Source: Opitutales bacterium (lineage in GTDB: Bacteria > Verrucomicrobiota > Verrucomicrobiia > Opitutales > Seribacteraceae). Taken from it: a DNA stretch of 64,000 nt. Shown here one piece after another: positions 54,947 to 64,000 of the stretch (positions are counted from its first letter, which is position 1; the number at the start of each line of letters is the position of its first letter). The position numbers were made by a program, and so were the translations under genes. The stretch spans positions 24,813-88,812 of the forward strand of contig JAYOWQ010000001.1 of assembly GCA_038152055.1 (NCBI GenBank). Direction: 5' to 3'. The notes under the pieces were generated by a model. The model worked only from the letters and a program-made list of their open reading frames with translations. It was not told the DNA's origin and did no database searches.

Positions 54947-56914
54947 CTAGGAGCCATTGGTTCTTTTATGAGCGTCTTCCACCAACCATGAACCAATGGC
55001 CGATAATTTATCTGTTATAATTTCTTTGGATTCATCCAAATTTGCCGGTGCCGGATCTCCGCATCCGAATAAGTAATATTTTATTTTAGGCTCGGTTCCG
55101 CTAGGGCGGATTGCCAATGAGAATGAATTTTCCAGAAACAATTGCATAAAATCGAGTTTGGGCAAGGGGGACTCATCTTCGTCAACAAAACCGGATTCAG
55201 CAAAATCCTTGGTTCTTGAAACTTTCACGCCTGCGACCTCGGTGATTGGATTCTTTCGATAAGAATTAACCAAGCGTTCGATCGTGGCACTACCTTCCGC
55301 GCCTTCGAAATATATATTTTCAGTCTTTTCAAGATGAAATCCATATTTGCAATATATTTCATCTAAAAAGGACAATGGGGAAGAATTTCTTGATATCAAA
55401 TGGGCCAACAACTCGGAAATCGCCAAAGCAGAAGCATTGCCATCCTTATCACGAACTAAATCCATTGGAAGATAACCATAGCTTTCTTCTGCCGCAAACA
55501 CCACACAAGTGGAATACCTGGACAATACATCCATACGAGCAAACAATTCGGTTGCATCAAAGTCCAAGCCAATGCCCTCCTCTTCCTTGATTCGCATGCA
55601 TGCCGTTCTTTCATATTCTCCTATTTTTTGAGCCATCCACTTGAATCCCGTTGGTGTGTTTATGCAGCGGACGCCGTAATTTTCCGCAATTTTAGCAATC
55701 AATGGGGAAGTGACAAAAGTCTTAAGAATCGCAAATTTCGACTCAAGGCCCTCACGAATTACCTGTCTTGATCGAAGGGCATGAAGTCTGTATTCGGTGA
55801 GCATGCTTGCAATCTGATTGCCCGAAAGACAAGTAAAGGCGCCATCACTTTTCCTAACCGCCAATCCGATACGGTCGCAATCTGGATCGCTGCCCATAAC
55901 ACAATCGGCCTTCGTCTTCTTTGCCACCTTGATACCAAGCTCTAGGGCTTCGGGGTTTTCGGGGTTGGGCGACTGAACGGTACTGAAATTGGGATCCGCA
56001 TTGCCCTGTTCGTCGACCAAGGCCACGTTGACGCCATGATCCCAGAGGGCGGGAACGGAAGATATCGCGCCGGTTCCGTGAATGGGCGTAAATACCAATT
56101 TCGGCGGACATTCCTTGAGGAGGGTCGGGTTAATGACTGCATCTTCCAGGGCTCCCTTGTAGGCCATATCGTCATTTATTGGTAACACTTTAATGTCATT
56201 TCCAAAATTAGGGTCATCAAGCCAAGGGGCAACTTCTGTAAATGAAATTTGACGATATGCGTCAACAACACCGGCATCGTGAGGGGCGACTAATTGGGCT
56301 CCATCTCCAAAATAGGCCTTGAATCCGTTGTCGTGGAAAGGATTGTGACTTGCCGTAATAACAACCCCGGCATGAGCAAACCTATGCCTAATCGTAAAAC
56401 TTAATTGAGGGGTTGATCTTGGCCCGTCGAAAATCATTGCGTATCCCCCGAGGTGCACCCAAGCTCCTGCAACCAATCGTGAAAACTGACTTGAAAAGTG
56501 CCTGACGTCATGGGCCACGACCAGCCTTGGTTGTTCATACTCCCCTTCTTCGGCCAACCACTTTTCTACATAGGCAAAAAGTGCCTTGGTTGCCCTAAGG
56601 ACGGTTAGTTCATTCATTGTGTTGGTGCCGACCGCAGCATAATCCGGAGTTTCTCCGTGGATGGTTTTTCCGCGCTCCGACTTGGTAACCGTTCGCCCGA
56701 TAGTTCGCCCCCGCATTCCACCTGTGCCGAAAGCCAGGTGTTTGTGAAACCGGTCGTTTATCTCTTCCCAGTTTTCAGATTCCACTAATTCCTCAAGGCT
56801 TTCTAGCACCCACTGTGGCATAAGTTCTATCCCGAGCAACTCGGAGGCGTTGATTTGGGCCGATTCGAGAATTTTTCCCTCCGCGGCAAGTTCTTGGAGT
56901 GTGTTTAAAAGCAT
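54947..56914 (-). CDS. pgm: Phosphoglucomutase/phosphomannomutase family
   Basis: FGTGGMRG, ITASHNP, DPDCDR, EESYG, RPSGTEPKIKYY. Confidence 0.9.
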   Translation of the reverse strand: MLLNTLQELAAEGKILESAQINASELLGIELMPQWVLESLEELVESENWEEINDRFHKHLAFGTGGMRGRTIGRTVTKSERGKTIHGETPDYAAVGTNTMNELTVLRATKALFAYVEKWLAEEGEYEQPRLVVAHDVRHFSSQFSRLVAGAWVHLGGYAMIFDGPRSTPQLSFTIRHRFAHAGVVITASHNPFHDNGFKAYFGDGAQLVAPHDAGVVDAYRQISFTEVAPWLDDPNFGNDIKVLPINDDMAYKGALEDAVINPTLLKECPPKLVFTPIHGTGAISSVPALWDHGVNVALVDEQGNADPNFSTVQSPNPENPEALELGIKVAKKTKADCVMGSDPDCDRIGLAVRKSDGAFTCLSGNQIASMLTEYRLHALRSRQVIREGLESKFAILKTFVTSPLIAKIAENYGVRCINTPTGFKWMAQKIGEYERTACMRIKEEEGIGLDFDATELFARMDVLSRYSTCVVFAAEESYGYLPMDLVRDKDGNASALAISELLAHLISRNSSPLSFLDEIYCKYGFHLEKTENIYFEGAEGSATIERLVNSYRKNPITEVAGVKVSRTKDFAESGFVDEDESPLPKLDFMQLFLENSFSLAIRPSGTEPKIKYYLFGCGDPAPANLDESKEIITDKLSAIGSWLVEDAHKRTNGS

Positions 56915-56917
56915 GGC

Positions 56918-58378
56918 TTAATTTTGTTCGTCAAATGAGTGAATGAGGGGAGCCCCGCCTTCTCCGCGAGTTATTAACTCGGCGCTTTCAAGAATCTTAC
57001 GGTCGGGAAGTTTGTTTGTTTCCTCAATAAAGTCTTGAAGGGTGGGAGCAAACGCAGGAGAAATCTCGACGGTGCGCCCGGGGTCCTGTAATCCCGCGGC
57101 CCTTAACCATCGAGCGCTCCTTTTTGCCTGTAGTTGAATGGATGATTTTCTGGAATCATCTCCTTTTGCATTTTTGATTGGGGCAAACTCCTCTTCTCGG
57201 GCAACTTCCAGGATTTGCGGATTACGAGCAAGGGGTAAGGCGTCAAAAATAAATTTTTCCGCCTTGATTGCATTCGGTTTGTCGGGATACGCCAAATTAC
57301 CAAAAGAATCGAGATTGGCGACTTTCTTAAGTGCGCAATGATAGGGCATTGAGTCTCCTGACGTCTTTTTTGAGTTTGTGATTTCTGCAATAAAACTGCG
57401 GGATATCATGTGAATCGCAATGTTCCCGAGATTGAAAAGGGTTCCTCCATCCGCATTATTTGCATGGAGCAGCTCGGGTGGCGCATCACTATATTCAATA
57501 ACCCGCAAGGCTTGGTTATCCAGAGCAAAAATTCCGACCTTTTCCTTAGGACAGGCTTTGCAAACAGCCTTGGAGGACATGTCCGAAACGGAGGACACGT
57601 GCAGGCCAATGAAGACCGGATCCAGGCAATAGACCAGCGGGTTATCAACCTGGAAATAACTGAGGTGATCGATGCCCTTCTTTTCCATCAGATCGAGGGC
57701 TCCCGAATCCATGAGCGCCCTGAAGGCGCCTCCATGACCATTGGGGCTAAGAGCCAATCTGTTTTTTCTGTCTAGGAGGAATTTTCCATTCCGGTCAAAG
57801 GCAGGCATCATTCCTTGTGAAAATATTTTTATCCTATCTCTTGGTAAGCCAAAGAATTCGCATCCCTCGAAATAGGCAAGTGTTTGATCATGGTTTGATG
57901 GGCTAGTCATGACAAACCAATAAGGAGCAATGCCGAACTTGGCTTGGTGATAAGAAAGGTTTTCCGCAAACAGGCGAAACAAGGTAGCGTTGCTAATCGG
58001 GCTACAAGGATAAGACCCCTTGGGGCCATCATGGCCCAGACGCGTACCCTGCCCTCCTGCAACCGTAAAGGAGGCCACTTTCCCTGCAGCAAGCACTTCG
58101 TTTCCAATCTTTCTATATCCTTTTATTTCAGGTGAGTTTGGATCGGTTCCGTCAATGGCTCTGGGGGGGGTTGGGTTTGTAAGGCGGTGACTTGTCTGGG
58201 AAAAGTCACTCCAGGCATTTTTACACTCCAACAAATCGATCGAATAGAGCTGATCTAAAAATTTTTCCCTCTCTTCACTGGCAAGCTCCTTCCAAAAATC
58301 AAAGACATGCTCCTGTCCTAATGACTTGAAAGATTCAAATAGTTGGGAGGGAGGCTTCTGTTCCCGTTTGTTTTTCAC
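56918..58378 (-). CDS. Eukaryote-type UDP-sugar pyrophosphorylase (UDPGP/UAP family, likely UDP-GlcNAc)
   Basis: VAGGQGTRLG..PKG, PNGHGG, QVDNPL, IEYSD, KAEKFIFD, REEEFAPIKN; GTG start. Confidence 0.88.
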   Translation of the reverse strand: MKNKREQKPPSQLFESFKSLGQEHVFDFWKELASEEREKFLDQLYSIDLLECKNAWSDFSQTSHRLTNPTPPRAIDGTDPNSPEIKGYRKIGNEVLAAGKVASFTVAGGQGTRLGHDGPKGSYPCSPISNATLFRLFAENLSYHQAKFGIAPYWFVMTSPSNHDQTLAYFEGCEFFGLPRDRIKIFSQGMMPAFDRNGKFLLDRKNRLALSPNGHGGAFRALMDSGALDLMEKKGIDHLSYFQVDNPLVYCLDPVFIGLHVSSVSDMSSKAVCKACPKEKVGIFALDNQALRVIEYSDAPPELLHANNADGGTLFNLGNIAIHMISRSFIAEITNSKKTSGDSMPYHCALKKVANLDSFGNLAYPDKPNAIKAEKFIFDALPLARNPQILEVAREEEFAPIKNAKGDDSRKSSIQLQAKRSARWLRAAGLQDPGRTVEISPAFAPTLQDFIEETNKLPDRKILESAELITRGEGGAPLIHSFDEQN

Positions 58379-58387
58379 TGCGAAGAC

Positions 58388-58696
58388 TTATTCCTTTTCA
58401 GGAAATCGGTATAGCCATTCACCCTCCCCCCCGTAGCCTAGCTCTTTTCTCGCAACCTCGTCTTGAAAGTCGGGGTTTCTTCTTAGTCGATCCAGAAACT
58501 CCTGATGGTTTAAGGCATCTCTTCGCAAATCCTCCAACTCTTTAACCAGTACGCTTTCTCTGCTTTTCCAGTGCAGGTATTCGCTGTAGGCATATTTTAC
58601 CTGAAGCACCAAATATCCTGCGCCCACTACCAACAAAATGGCGATTGTGGCTGGGAGCGCGCGGTTGAAATAATTTTGGTCGTCTTTCTTTTTCAT
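58388..58696 (-). CDS. FtsB/DivIC-like septum formation initiator
   Basis: 102 aa with TM helix, coiled coil and ARKELGY...E..YRF; ATGA overlap with kdsD. Confidence 0.75.
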   Translation of the reverse strand: MKKKDDQNYFNRALPATIAILLVVGAGYLVLQVKYAYSEYLHWKSRESVLVKELEDLRRDALNHQEFLDRLRRNPDFQDEVARKELGYGGEGEWLYRFPEKE

Positions 58697-59682
58697 GATC
58701 CGTATATGTCATGTAGGCGAACCAAGCCAAGTAATTCTGAAGATTGTTCATCCAAAACGGGCAGTATCGAGATTGGAGAAGGTTGCCTTTTTTCCATAAC
58801 CTCAAGGGCCTCGCCAAGAGATGCGCTCGAAAATATGGTTATGGGTCCACTTGACATTATTTCATCGACGCTAATTTCTTTGATGTTTTTATCCAGTTGC
58901 AACGCACGCCTGAGGTCTCCGTCGGTGATAATGCCGACAAGATGGTTTTTTTCAACTACACATGCCGCGCCAAGCGGGTGTTTTGACATCTCTATAACCG
59001 CATTTTGAAGAGTGCTCCTCTTGTTAACAATGGCGATTTTATCCAAGGGGTGAAAGACGTCCGAAACACGAAGGATGAGATTTCTCCCCAACTGACCCGC
59101 CGGATGTGTTTTTGCATATTCATTGGCATTAAAGCCCCTCCTAATCATCAATGCCGAAGAAATGGCGTCTCCCAATGAAGAAGCAACGGCAAAACTGGCA
59201 GTAGGCACAATCCCTAGATGGTCCGCCTCTTCATCAACGGATGCATCCAAAGCAACGTCCACCTTGTTTGCAAGAGGGCTATTCATCTTTCCCAGAATTC
59301 CAACTATTCTTGCACCCCTGCTTCGTAAAACCGGTTCTAAAAACAGCAACTCTGGTGTCGAGCCACTGTTGGAGAGAAAAAGGGTGGAATCACCCGTTTG
59401 ATGAATTCCCAGGTCTCCGTGTACGGCTTCAGAAGGATGAAGAAATGCGGCGGGTGTTCCTGTGCTACAAAGGGTGGCTGCAATTTTTTTTCCTACATGA
59501 CCGGATTTTCCAATTCCAGTGACAACAACCTTGTGCTTGGTCTCCATTAGTAGGTCAAGGGCTTTTGAAAAGGTTTTTTCTTCTAAAGACCGAGCAGCTT
59601 TTTCTAGTGCCGACGATTCTTTTTCCATTACTCGCCTCGCCTCGTCTATTTCGAGAAGACTTCCTGTAGAATTTGTGGACAT
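58693..59682 (-). CDS. kdsD: Arabinose-5-phosphate isomerase (KpsF/GutQ family, SIS + 2 CBS)
   Basis: TGIGKSGHVG, FLHPSEAVHGDLG, SNSGST, HPAGQLG, GIITDGDLRR. Start placed at ATG 59682. Confidence 0.9.
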   Translation of the reverse strand: MSTNSTGSLLEIDEARRVMEKESSALEKAARSLEEKTFSKALDLLMETKHKVVVTGIGKSGHVGKKIAATLCSTGTPAAFLHPSEAVHGDLGIHQTGDSTLFLSNSGSTPELLFLEPVLRSRGARIVGILGKMNSPLANKVDVALDASVDEEADHLGIVPTASFAVASSLGDAISSALMIRRGFNANEYAKTHPAGQLGRNLILRVSDVFHPLDKIAIVNKRSTLQNAVIEMSKHPLGAACVVEKNHLVGIITDGDLRRALQLDKNIKEISVDEIMSSGPITIFSSASLGEALEVMEKRQPSPISILPVLDEQSSELLGLVRLHDIYGS

Positions 59683-59792
59683 TATGTCTTGATAACGTTT
59701 TTTCAATACTTTGTAAGAAAGAAGTGACACTGTTTTTATGATTCTTGGTAGATCTTGTTGATTAATTAAGTTATTTTCATTAGAGTCAAATA

Positions 59793-60149
59793 GTGTTCCA
59801 GGTAACTTTTTCCAATCAAAGTCTTGGTGTTTTAAATTCCCTCCCTCAGGCAAGTCAATTAAGCATGATGGAAGAGCTTAGCGCACTGTCCGAAGAAATC
59901 TTGGGTGAGCGAGCTTCGTCTATTGGAAAGTTTCATCGAAAGGGAAAGGTTTTTTACAGGTTGAGATTGCATGATTTGCGCTTGTATTTGGAAAAAGTCG
60001 ATTTGGCCCTTCATTGCCATTACATGCTTCCCAAGAATTCCCTGAATGATTTTCTATTCAGGTGCAAATTACCCTCTTCTGAGGAAGCGATAATTGAAGA
60101 TTACAACAGCTTTTGGGAATATCTGGAGTCACTCTCAAGGGGAAAATAG
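59793..60149 (+). CDS. RelE/ParE-fold-like small protein without an adjacent antitoxin
   Basis: FQVTFS...L..L...Q N-terminus and YRLRLHDLRLY (RelE YRLRxGDYR-like); GTG start. Confidence 0.55.
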   Translation: MFQVTFSNQSLGVLNSLPQASQLSMMEELSALSEEILGERASSIGKFHRKGKVFYRLRLHDLRLYLEKVDLALHCHYMLPKNSLNDFLFRCKLPSSEEAIIEDYNSFWEYLESLSRGK

Positions 60150-60395
60150 TTTATGTGTGAATATGGTTGTTTGATATTCCCAATAACCGAAAAGTTGTTG
60201 GTCCCCTTAACAAATCTCCGACTCGTTCACTTTTTTATCAACGTTTTTTTTCAACCTAAATCTTTGTTCCTTCGGTTTTTGTAAAAGTTACAAAGATTTT
60301 CCAAGGTCATAATAGAATGAGTTTTTTAAATTTTAAGATTAACTATTAGCAATTAATCGTTGTTAATTGGTTCTTCGTTCGCCAAAACCTAACAA

Positions 60396-61526
60396 ATGAA
60401 ATTTAAAATAAACAGAGATCATTTTGCTTCTGGACTGCAATTGGTTTCAAGCGTCGTTGGTACCCGTAAAACCATGCCTATCTTACAAAACGTCCTAATT
60501 GAGGCAAAGGATGGCTACATATCTTTAACGACCACAAATCTGGACCTAGGAATGAAATGTTCGGTTAAGGCGAAAGTTGATGATATGGGTTCCGTCACCT
60601 TGCCTGTTCGGGATCTTTTGAGGATCGTTCGTGAACTTGCAGACATGGAGGTTAGTGTTTCATCTGCCGATACGCCAAAGGCAACCGTTTCAACCAGGGG
60701 TTCTGTCTTTAATATTATTGGGATGGATAGCAAAGAGTTTCCTCCTCTTCCTGAACTTTCCGAAGGTAAAAGCTTTTCTCTACCCCGAAGTGAACTGAAG
60801 GAGATGCTAAAAAGCGTATCCTATGCTCAATCGGTTAATGAGGAACGCTACATGCTCAAAGGGGTATTCTTCCTTTTAGAAGAGAAAAATCTTTCTTTGG
60901 TGGCAACGGATGGAAGGCGTTTGGCGGTAGCCACAAAAGGTTCCTCCTTCAGCGAGCAGGGTGAGTTCATACTTCCTTCCATGACGGTATCCGAACTTGA
61001 GAAGTTACCAGATCTATCAGAAAATTTGCATGTGTCATACACGGATCGTCAAGTATCCGTCAAAATGAACGCTTCGAATCAAGAGGAAACATCCGGATTT
61101 GTTGAATCCATTTACTTGGTTTCAAAAGTAGTCGAAGGAAAATATCCTAATTTCAAGCAAGTAATACCCAAGGACGACTTTAATCATGCCGATATAGAAA
61201 GAGAGCTCATGCTTGAATGTGTTCATCGCGCGGCATTGGTATCAGATGAAAAAGTAACCCTTAGGTTGAAATCGGGAGAAATGGAGATTTTTGGTCAAAG
61301 TACCTTGGGAGACGCCAGCGAATCTATGAGTATAGGATATGATGGTGATGATGCCGTGGTTTCGTTTAACCCCAAGTTCTTGTTGGATCCGTTAAAATCA
61401 ATAGCAGTGGATAAAATTTCATTTGAATTCAGAGATGACATGAGCCCTGGTGTCTTCAAGGTGATCGGCAAAAAGGAAAATAATCCCAAGTTGCTATGTG
61501 TTGTGATGCCTATACGAACAGATTAA
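60396..61526 (+). CDS. dnaN: DNA polymerase III beta sliding clamp
   Basis: TMPILQNVLI, EFP, VATDGRRLA, GKYPNF, FNPKFL, VVMPIR. Confidence 0.96.
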   Translation: MKFKINRDHFASGLQLVSSVVGTRKTMPILQNVLIEAKDGYISLTTTNLDLGMKCSVKAKVDDMGSVTLPVRDLLRIVRELADMEVSVSSADTPKATVSTRGSVFNIIGMDSKEFPPLPELSEGKSFSLPRSELKEMLKSVSYAQSVNEERYMLKGVFFLLEEKNLSLVATDGRRLAVATKGSSFSEQGEFILPSMTVSELEKLPDLSENLHVSYTDRQVSVKMNASNQEETSGFVESIYLVSKVVEGKYPNFKQVIPKDDFNHADIERELMLECVHRAALVSDEKVTLRLKSGEMEIFGQSTLGDASESMSIGYDGDDAVVSFNPKFLLDPLKSIAVDKISFEFRDDMSPGVFKVIGKKENNPKLLCVVMPIRTD

Positions 61527-61530
61527 GCAA

Positions 61531-62664
61531 TTAGTCTTCGACAGGATAAAAATAAGCTGCTCCCTCAAAGTTCTTAAGTTTGATGTGGGAAGATGTCCAT
61601 TCATCAATATAATTAGGATTAACCGGGATCTTCCCACCTCCACCAGGAGCATCTATAACGAATTGTGGGATTGCATATCCGGTGGTTGTTCCTCGAAGCT
61701 CCCTTATGATATCAACCCCCTTGTTGACGCTTGATCTTAAATGGGAACTTCCCTGAACCAAATCACACTGATATAAGTAATATGGTCGGACCTTCATCAT
61801 CATTAAACGATGAATCAGGTGCTTCATGCATTCGGCAGTGTCGTTTATTCCTTTCAATAAAACCGATTGGTTGCCCAAGGGTATGCCTGTTGATGCAAGC
61901 TTTAGGCAAGCATCTCGCAACTCCAGCGTGCATTCGTTAGGATGATTTACGTGAATGCTCATCCAAAGATTGGGATGCAAACGAAGTTTTTCCAATAGAG
62001 ATTCATTGATGCGTTGTGGTAAAAAAACAGGAACTCGAGACCCAATCCTGACAAATTCAACATGATCTATGTTTGCCAGGGAGGATAATAAAAAACCAAG
62101 CTTTTCGTCCGATAACAAAAGGGGGTCACCTCCACTTAGAAGAACATCTCGCACTTGGGTGTTCTTGCGTATGTAATCCAAACCTACATCCAAGGAAGGG
62201 CTAAAACCATAACCTTGAGCATTGGAGACCATTCGACTCCGCGTACAATACCGACAATAGGCTGCGCATCTATCCGTAACAAGAAATAAAACCCGATCTG
62301 GATATCTGTGAACAATACCGGGCGTAGGCATTGTTGACTCCTCTCCAACAGGGTCTGATAATTCGTAACTGGAAACACTGGACTCTGAACCACTGGGTAT
62401 TACCTGACGTCGAATCGGACAATTTGGATCTTTAGAATTGATTAGATTGAAGAAATAAGGAGTTACCGAAACAAGCAATTTGTCCTGCGCCGCGGAAAAG
62501 CCTGAAATTTCTTCCTCCGTGAGTCGAATGTATTTACTAAATTCAGGAAGTGTAGTCAGGCGATTGCGGAGTTGCCACCGCCAATCGGACCATAAATGAT
62601 CCTCAACATCCGACCACAACCCTTTTCCTTGTCTCCAATTATTTAAATTATCAATAGGATGCAT
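61531..62664 (-). CDS. kamA: KamA-family radical SAM lysine 2,3-aminomutase
   Basis: HRYPDRVL, CAAYCRYC, LSGGDP, NQSVLLKGIND, YQCD, DAPGGGGKIP. ATG at 62664. Confidence 0.88.
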   Translation of the reverse strand: MHPIDNLNNWRQGKGLWSDVEDHLWSDWRWQLRNRLTTLPEFSKYIRLTEEEISGFSAAQDKLLVSVTPYFFNLINSKDPNCPIRRQVIPSGSESSVSSYELSDPVGEESTMPTPGIVHRYPDRVLFLVTDRCAAYCRYCTRSRMVSNAQGYGFSPSLDVGLDYIRKNTQVRDVLLSGGDPLLLSDEKLGFLLSSLANIDHVEFVRIGSRVPVFLPQRINESLLEKLRLHPNLWMSIHVNHPNECTLELRDACLKLASTGIPLGNQSVLLKGINDTAECMKHLIHRLMMMKVRPYYLYQCDLVQGSSHLRSSVNKGVDIIRELRGTTTGYAIPQFVIDAPGGGGKIPVNPNYIDEWTSSHIKLKNFEGAAYFYPVED

Positions 62665-62755
62665 AAGCGACCAATTTACTAGCAATCATGATCGAAAATA
62701 GCAAACCCCAAGCGGTGTAGACCAAAAACCTATAAGAAAGATTGGGAAGATTGGC

Positions 62756-64000
62756 TTAATGCAGTAAGAAAACAAAAGTGATGCAAAAATAATAAGTAGA
62801 GAGCATGAGGATGCGTGCAGACCAGCGAATCCTTGTGAAAGAAGCTATTAAAAAAAAGAAAAAAACAACCAAAATTAAAACAGAAAATTCTCTATTTATC
62901 GTGATATTGACAGAATAACTTGAAAAATGATTAACAACACAAAAAATAAGATTAAAAATAAATTCCACGATAATATCAAAATTAAAAAAATCGAAAAAAT
63001 AAATGGAAATGATATTAAAACAACTTAATAAAAAATAAGGTATAATAAGAGGCGCAATAATAAAATTTGCAAGAATTGAGCCAAAAGATATAAATCCAAA
63101 ATAATATGCAATTAAGATGGAGCAACCAACAGTTGCGGAAAAAGAAACCAAAAGGTTGAATAAAAGATATTTTAATAAAAAGTTATTCAATAAAGAAAAA
63201 CCATTGTTTTTAATGGCGAATAAAATGAACAGTACTACAGAAAATGACATTTGAAAACTTAGTGAGTGTAAAATTTCGCTTTCGTACATTAACATAAAGA
63301 GGCCAGCCCAGCAGAGTGTAAAAACAGGATTTACGGAAGTGTACATGAATTTCGCAGATTCGTAAGCCAATATCATTACTAAGGCCCTAACGGCAGATTC
63401 AGGACAACCCACAAATAACACATAAGCCAGCGTTAAGGTTATTGAAATAAGAATGCAAATCGCTCGTCTGAAAAAGTAAATGACTAAAAAAGCACTCGAG
63501 ACATAAACTATACCAATGTGAAGGCCACTTACAGCGAGAAGATGCGCGCTTCCACTCAATGAAAACCTATCTCGAATATTATCGTCAAGCACACCTGGTC
63601 TTCCAAACAACATCGACCATGAAAATAAATTCCATTCATTCGTCATATGTGAATTACTGGAAAGAAATTTTTCTTCCACTTGGTTAATATAATTTGGTTC
63701 AGTTACTATTTCCCAAGAAATTATATTATTAATTATTATAGAATTATTACTCCAATCGATTTGAGATAAAAGAATTCTCAATTTGTAGATACAATTTTTT
63801 TTAAGTTTTATTTCTGATTGATTAATTAAAACATCTGTTTTATTTGAAAAGAAGTTTTTCGGGGCACTAGCAACCAATTCGTACTTTGAATTATTACACT
63901 TCTTGTATTTTGTGTTCTTTATCCATACAACCACTTCTTTTTGCTTTTTCGATTCTATGTATCCTTTATCTGCCATGTATATTAGTTCATATGGGAAAAT
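62756..64000 (-). CDS. comEC: ComEC/Rec2 competence membrane protein, 5'-truncated by the window edge
   Basis: HLLAVSGLHI, SAVRALVM, SFQMSF, multiple TM helices; the frame stays open to base 64000. Confidence 0.85.
   Translation of the reverse strand: MFPYELIYMADKGYIESKKQKEVVVWIKNTKYKKCNNSKYELVASAPKNFFSNKTDVLINQSEIKLKKNCIYKLRILLSQIDWSNNSIIINNIISWEIVTEPNYINQVEEKFLSSNSHMTNEWNLFSWSMLFGRPGVLDDNIRDRFSLSGSAHLLAVSGLHIGIVYVSSAFLVIYFFRRAICILISITLTLAYVLFVGCPESAVRALVMILAYESAKFMYTSVNPVFTLCWAGLFMLMYESEILHSLSFQMSFSVVLFILFAIKNNGFSLLNNFLLKYLLFNLLVSFSATVGCSILIAYYFGFISFGSILANFIIAPLIIPYFLLSCFNIISIYFFDFFNFDIIVEFIFNLIFCVVNHFSSYSVNITINREFSVLILVVFFFFLIASFTRIRWSARILMLSTYYFCITFVFLLH

Noticed and set aside
59683-59853. 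Upstream extensions in the ORF track for kdsD (also 3247-3354, 6280-6309, 50868-50942)
   Set aside because: They overlap divergent genes or promoter regions and lack family similarity; downstream ATGs fit better.
1-64000. CRISPR arrays, tRNA or rRNA genes, IS elements
   Set aside because: Intergenic gaps are under about 250 bp and show no spaced direct repeats, cloverleaf signatures or transposase ORFs.

Overview
64-kb window of a bacterial chromosome, probably a Verrucomicrobiota (Opitutales-like) organism. This is inferred from an Amuc_1098-1102-type secretin cluster, oleC/oleD, a eukaryote-type UDP-sugar pyrophosphorylase and an orphan RelE-like gene. The flanks hold housekeeping genes (oleCD, RNA methyltransferases, hisC, metG, rho, hisF; pdhABC, pgm, kdsD, dnaN, kamA, comEC). 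The centre (14.4-50.9 kb) is one minus-strand block: a PilM/N/O/Q-like secretin cluster, two translationally coupled giant exported proteins (4915 aa and about 3677 aa), then two GT4 glycosyltransferases. The most striking signal is in the 4915-aa protein. My manual count gives about 79 D/E-X-N-X-S/T motifs, the extended Campylobacter-type N-glycosylation sequon, out of about 100 N-X-S/T sites. Both giants also end in a homologous Trp-rich C-terminal domain. Together these suggest an undescribed system for secreting, anchoring and heavily N-glycosylating giant surface proteins. No oligosaccharyltransferase is in the window, so this remains a hypothesis. I saw no rRNA, tRNA, CRISPR or IS element. 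All family calls are from motif recognition; no database searches were run.
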